From contig JBDRNJ010000072.1 of assembly GCA_043811375.1 (NCBI GenBank), positions 167,053 to 231,052 of the forward strand: a DNA stretch of 64,000 bases. Direction: 5' to 3'. The position numbers and the translations under genes are program-made. The notes under the pieces were generated by a model. That model had not been told where the DNA came from. It searched no databases and was given only the letters and a program-made list of their open reading frames with translations. Positions 62,348-64,000 of this stretch are shown one piece after another (the first letter of the stretch is position 1; every line of letters begins with the position of its first letter). The stretch is from a bacterium (GTDB taxonomy: Bacteria; Zixibacteria; MSB-5A5; GN15; FEB-12).

Positions 62348-62432
62348 ATATACTGCTCCCTATTACTGACAGTTGTTTGTTAAGCTAATATTTTGCGGCT
62401 GGACATTCAAAGGAGTTCAGCCATGAAGTGAC

Positions 62433-62643
62433 GGCCGGGTGGCCCATGGCGCCAGGCACAATCCTGATGTCATCGGCTGAGGTGAGAAGTTGGTACCTGT
62501 GAAAGCAACTGAAAGTAGCGAATCGCGCCATGCCTAAATGATCGTAATGATGTAGTCGATGCACGTGAACATGTTACGCCCAATGCTTTCGTCCATCAAC
62601 CCTGAAACCCGGGGCAAGCCCCGGGTCACCGAACCGGGCACTA
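62433..62643 (-). mobile_element. Internally deleted RAYT element, copy 2 (REP, promoter, transposase 5' fragment, REP remnant)
   Basis: Minus strand: GGTGACCCGGGGCTTGCCCCGGGTTTC hairpin, TTGATG-17 nt-TAACAT, GTG 62564 giving MHRLHHYDHLGMARFATFSCFHRYQLL, then a join to GGGCCACCCGG. Confidence 0.65.
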
Positions 62644-62669
62644 GCGTAATTTGCTGTGAGTTCGTGCAG

Positions 62670-63536
62670 TTATTTCAGACACTCGGGAGCACCATCACCA
62701 TCGGGATCGCAGGGCGGATGACCTCCCTGGAACAGATACTGTACCAGGTATGTCAGGTCGGCAACGTCAATACTCTGGCTGCAATCCATATCTCCACACA
62801 GAGGCTTGGAGGTCATAATAATGAGATCGGCCTGGCCTCCGTCAGTGTAGGCCGGTGTCAGCACACCACCCTGCACCGGACAGAGAAGGAACTGAGTGTG
62901 CGGAGCCACGAAAGTCGTATCGAAGTCCACTATATGATCGGGTGTTCCATTGGGGATCTGGACCCACATGGTGGCCAGAATCCCGCCCGTTTGCGGACGT
63001 ATCTGGTCGTAGGCGGAATTCCAGTAAATTACGACTTCGTTGTTGGCGGGATCGACGGTGTAGCCACGACCGACTTCAGTACTGGTCATGGAACCTAGAA
63101 AGCTAACCGATGTGACCTCGATATCGGGGGAGTTGTGAGTGAAACCAATTGACGCCGAGCGAATGGTGTCGGTATTTGTCATGTGAACAAAAATGGGAAT
63201 CGAGTCGCCGGTAACGTTCTGGACAATAACCGGACATCCGAGGTCAATGCTGTTACCGCCGGTGGGCGCTGTGCAGGTTATGGAACCGCCACACGGGGGA
63301 TCGCCGGCGACCCAGAGGTGTTGGATCAAATACCAGGCATCACCGATGTTGATCGAACCGCACTCATCCATGTCGGCATCACCCACAGGTAACGGCCCGC
63401 CATGGAACATGTAGTCGATCAAATAGTAGTAATCATCGAGGTCGATATTGGCGTCATCATTGAGATCACCACACGTTTGTCCAAAGCATAATTGCGGGAG
63501 AACCAATAGGGCACAAAGAATAATCGCGCTTTTCAT
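62670..63536 (-). CDS. Secreted protein: dockerin-like, cohesin-like, dockerin-like
   Basis: Signal peptide with RBS GGAGG; CGDLNDDANIDLDD...; central beta-sandwich (IPIFVHMTN...GGILATMW); CGDMDCSQSIDVADLTYLVQYLFQGG. Confidence 0.85.
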   Translation of the reverse strand: MKSAIILCALLVLPQLCFGQTCGDLNDDANIDLDDYYYLIDYMFHGGPLPVGDADMDECGSINIGDAWYLIQHLWVAGDPPCGGSITCTAPTGGNSIDLGCPVIVQNVTGDSIPIFVHMTNTDTIRSASIGFTHNSPDIEVTSVSFLGSMTSTEVGRGYTVDPANNEVVIYWNSAYDQIRPQTGGILATMWVQIPNGTPDHIVDFDTTFVAPHTQFLLCPVQGGVLTPAYTDGGQADLIIMTSKPLCGDMDCSQSIDVADLTYLVQYLFQGGHPPCDPDGDGAPECLK

Positions 63537-63860
63537 CGTACTACCTCCAGAAAATGATGTTGCCTGTCGTCTGTCAGTTTGTGTCCATAATGAGTTAATT
63601 ATGCAGCGATAGGATATGTCCTCCTTTCCGGCTCACTAATCTTAGATCAGCTATCATGAATGTACGTCATGTATGTCAACAACCTGAGATACAGCCACTG
63701 TTATATCACAGAATGCCATACAACCAGACACACACTTCTGTTTTATTAATCAGTGTTGGATCTTCTGCTTGTAGTAATATCTATAAAAATAATATACGAT
63801 GGTATTCCGAATTGTCAAGTGACTTACCCCCCAAATATCAGTCCGGCCCGGGTGGCCGAC

Positions 63861-64000
63861 TGGACTGCACCCCTGAGGTTGGACACATAAAGTTAGGGTG
63901 ATTTGGCAAGGGACCGGTATCTTGTTACCGGGAAAGGAACTTGCCATGAATCCGAGACGAAGATTCAGTGTCGAACTGAAGTGCCAGGTGGTGGAGCAGT
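63861..64000 (+). mobile_element. Left end of an IS3-family insertion sequence (IRL and start of orfA), truncated by the window edge
   Basis: TGGACTGCACCCCTGAGGTTGGACAC resembles an IS3-family IRL; ATG 63946 gives MNPRRRFSVELKCQVVEQ (HTH_Tnp_1-like); RBS GAAAGGA. Confidence 0.75.

Noticed and set aside
61270..62643. Integron attC cassettes or CRISPR repeats
   Set aside because: Only two long copies, no attC core-site symmetry, no regular spacers, and no integrase or cas genes; a RAYT remnant explains them better.

Overview
Bacterial chromosomal window. It is probably candidate phylum Zixibacteria, inferred from seven secreted proteins ending in a Cys-flanked dockerin-like tail (GDVDxSGxxDVGDLTYLVAYLFQGGPxPPCP). 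Housekeeping genes: rnr, mfd, tolQ/R/A/B, ppdK, ADP-forming acetate-CoA ligase, gltX, nadA and gdhA. The most notable locus is an 11.2-kb operon (28970-40154) made of three diverged tandem copies of an uncharacterised four-gene membrane module (a DUF6754-like FnIII membrane protein plus three further membrane proteins). A few kb upstream, on the opposite strand, lie a GlmL-like ASKHA-fold ATPase with no mutase partner in the window and a 376-aa lipoyl-like/KOW protein. Together these are a candidate undescribed envelope transport or export machine. Features not resolved by the ORF track: a HesB/IscA-like selenoprotein (in-frame UGA plus SECIS-like hairpin), a HEPN-motif gene broken by a single in-frame TAA, and a small membrane peptide. 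Small mobile DNA is abundant: a GIY-YIG nuclease gene bracketed by CGTC-type palindromic repeats with two empty elements of the same architecture, two RAYT remnants with GGTG-headed REPs, a MITE with TIRs and a 4-bp TSD nested in one of them, GTAG REPs, and the left end of an IS3-family element. No rRNA, tRNA or CRISPR array was seen. All family assignments come from motif recognition, not database searches.
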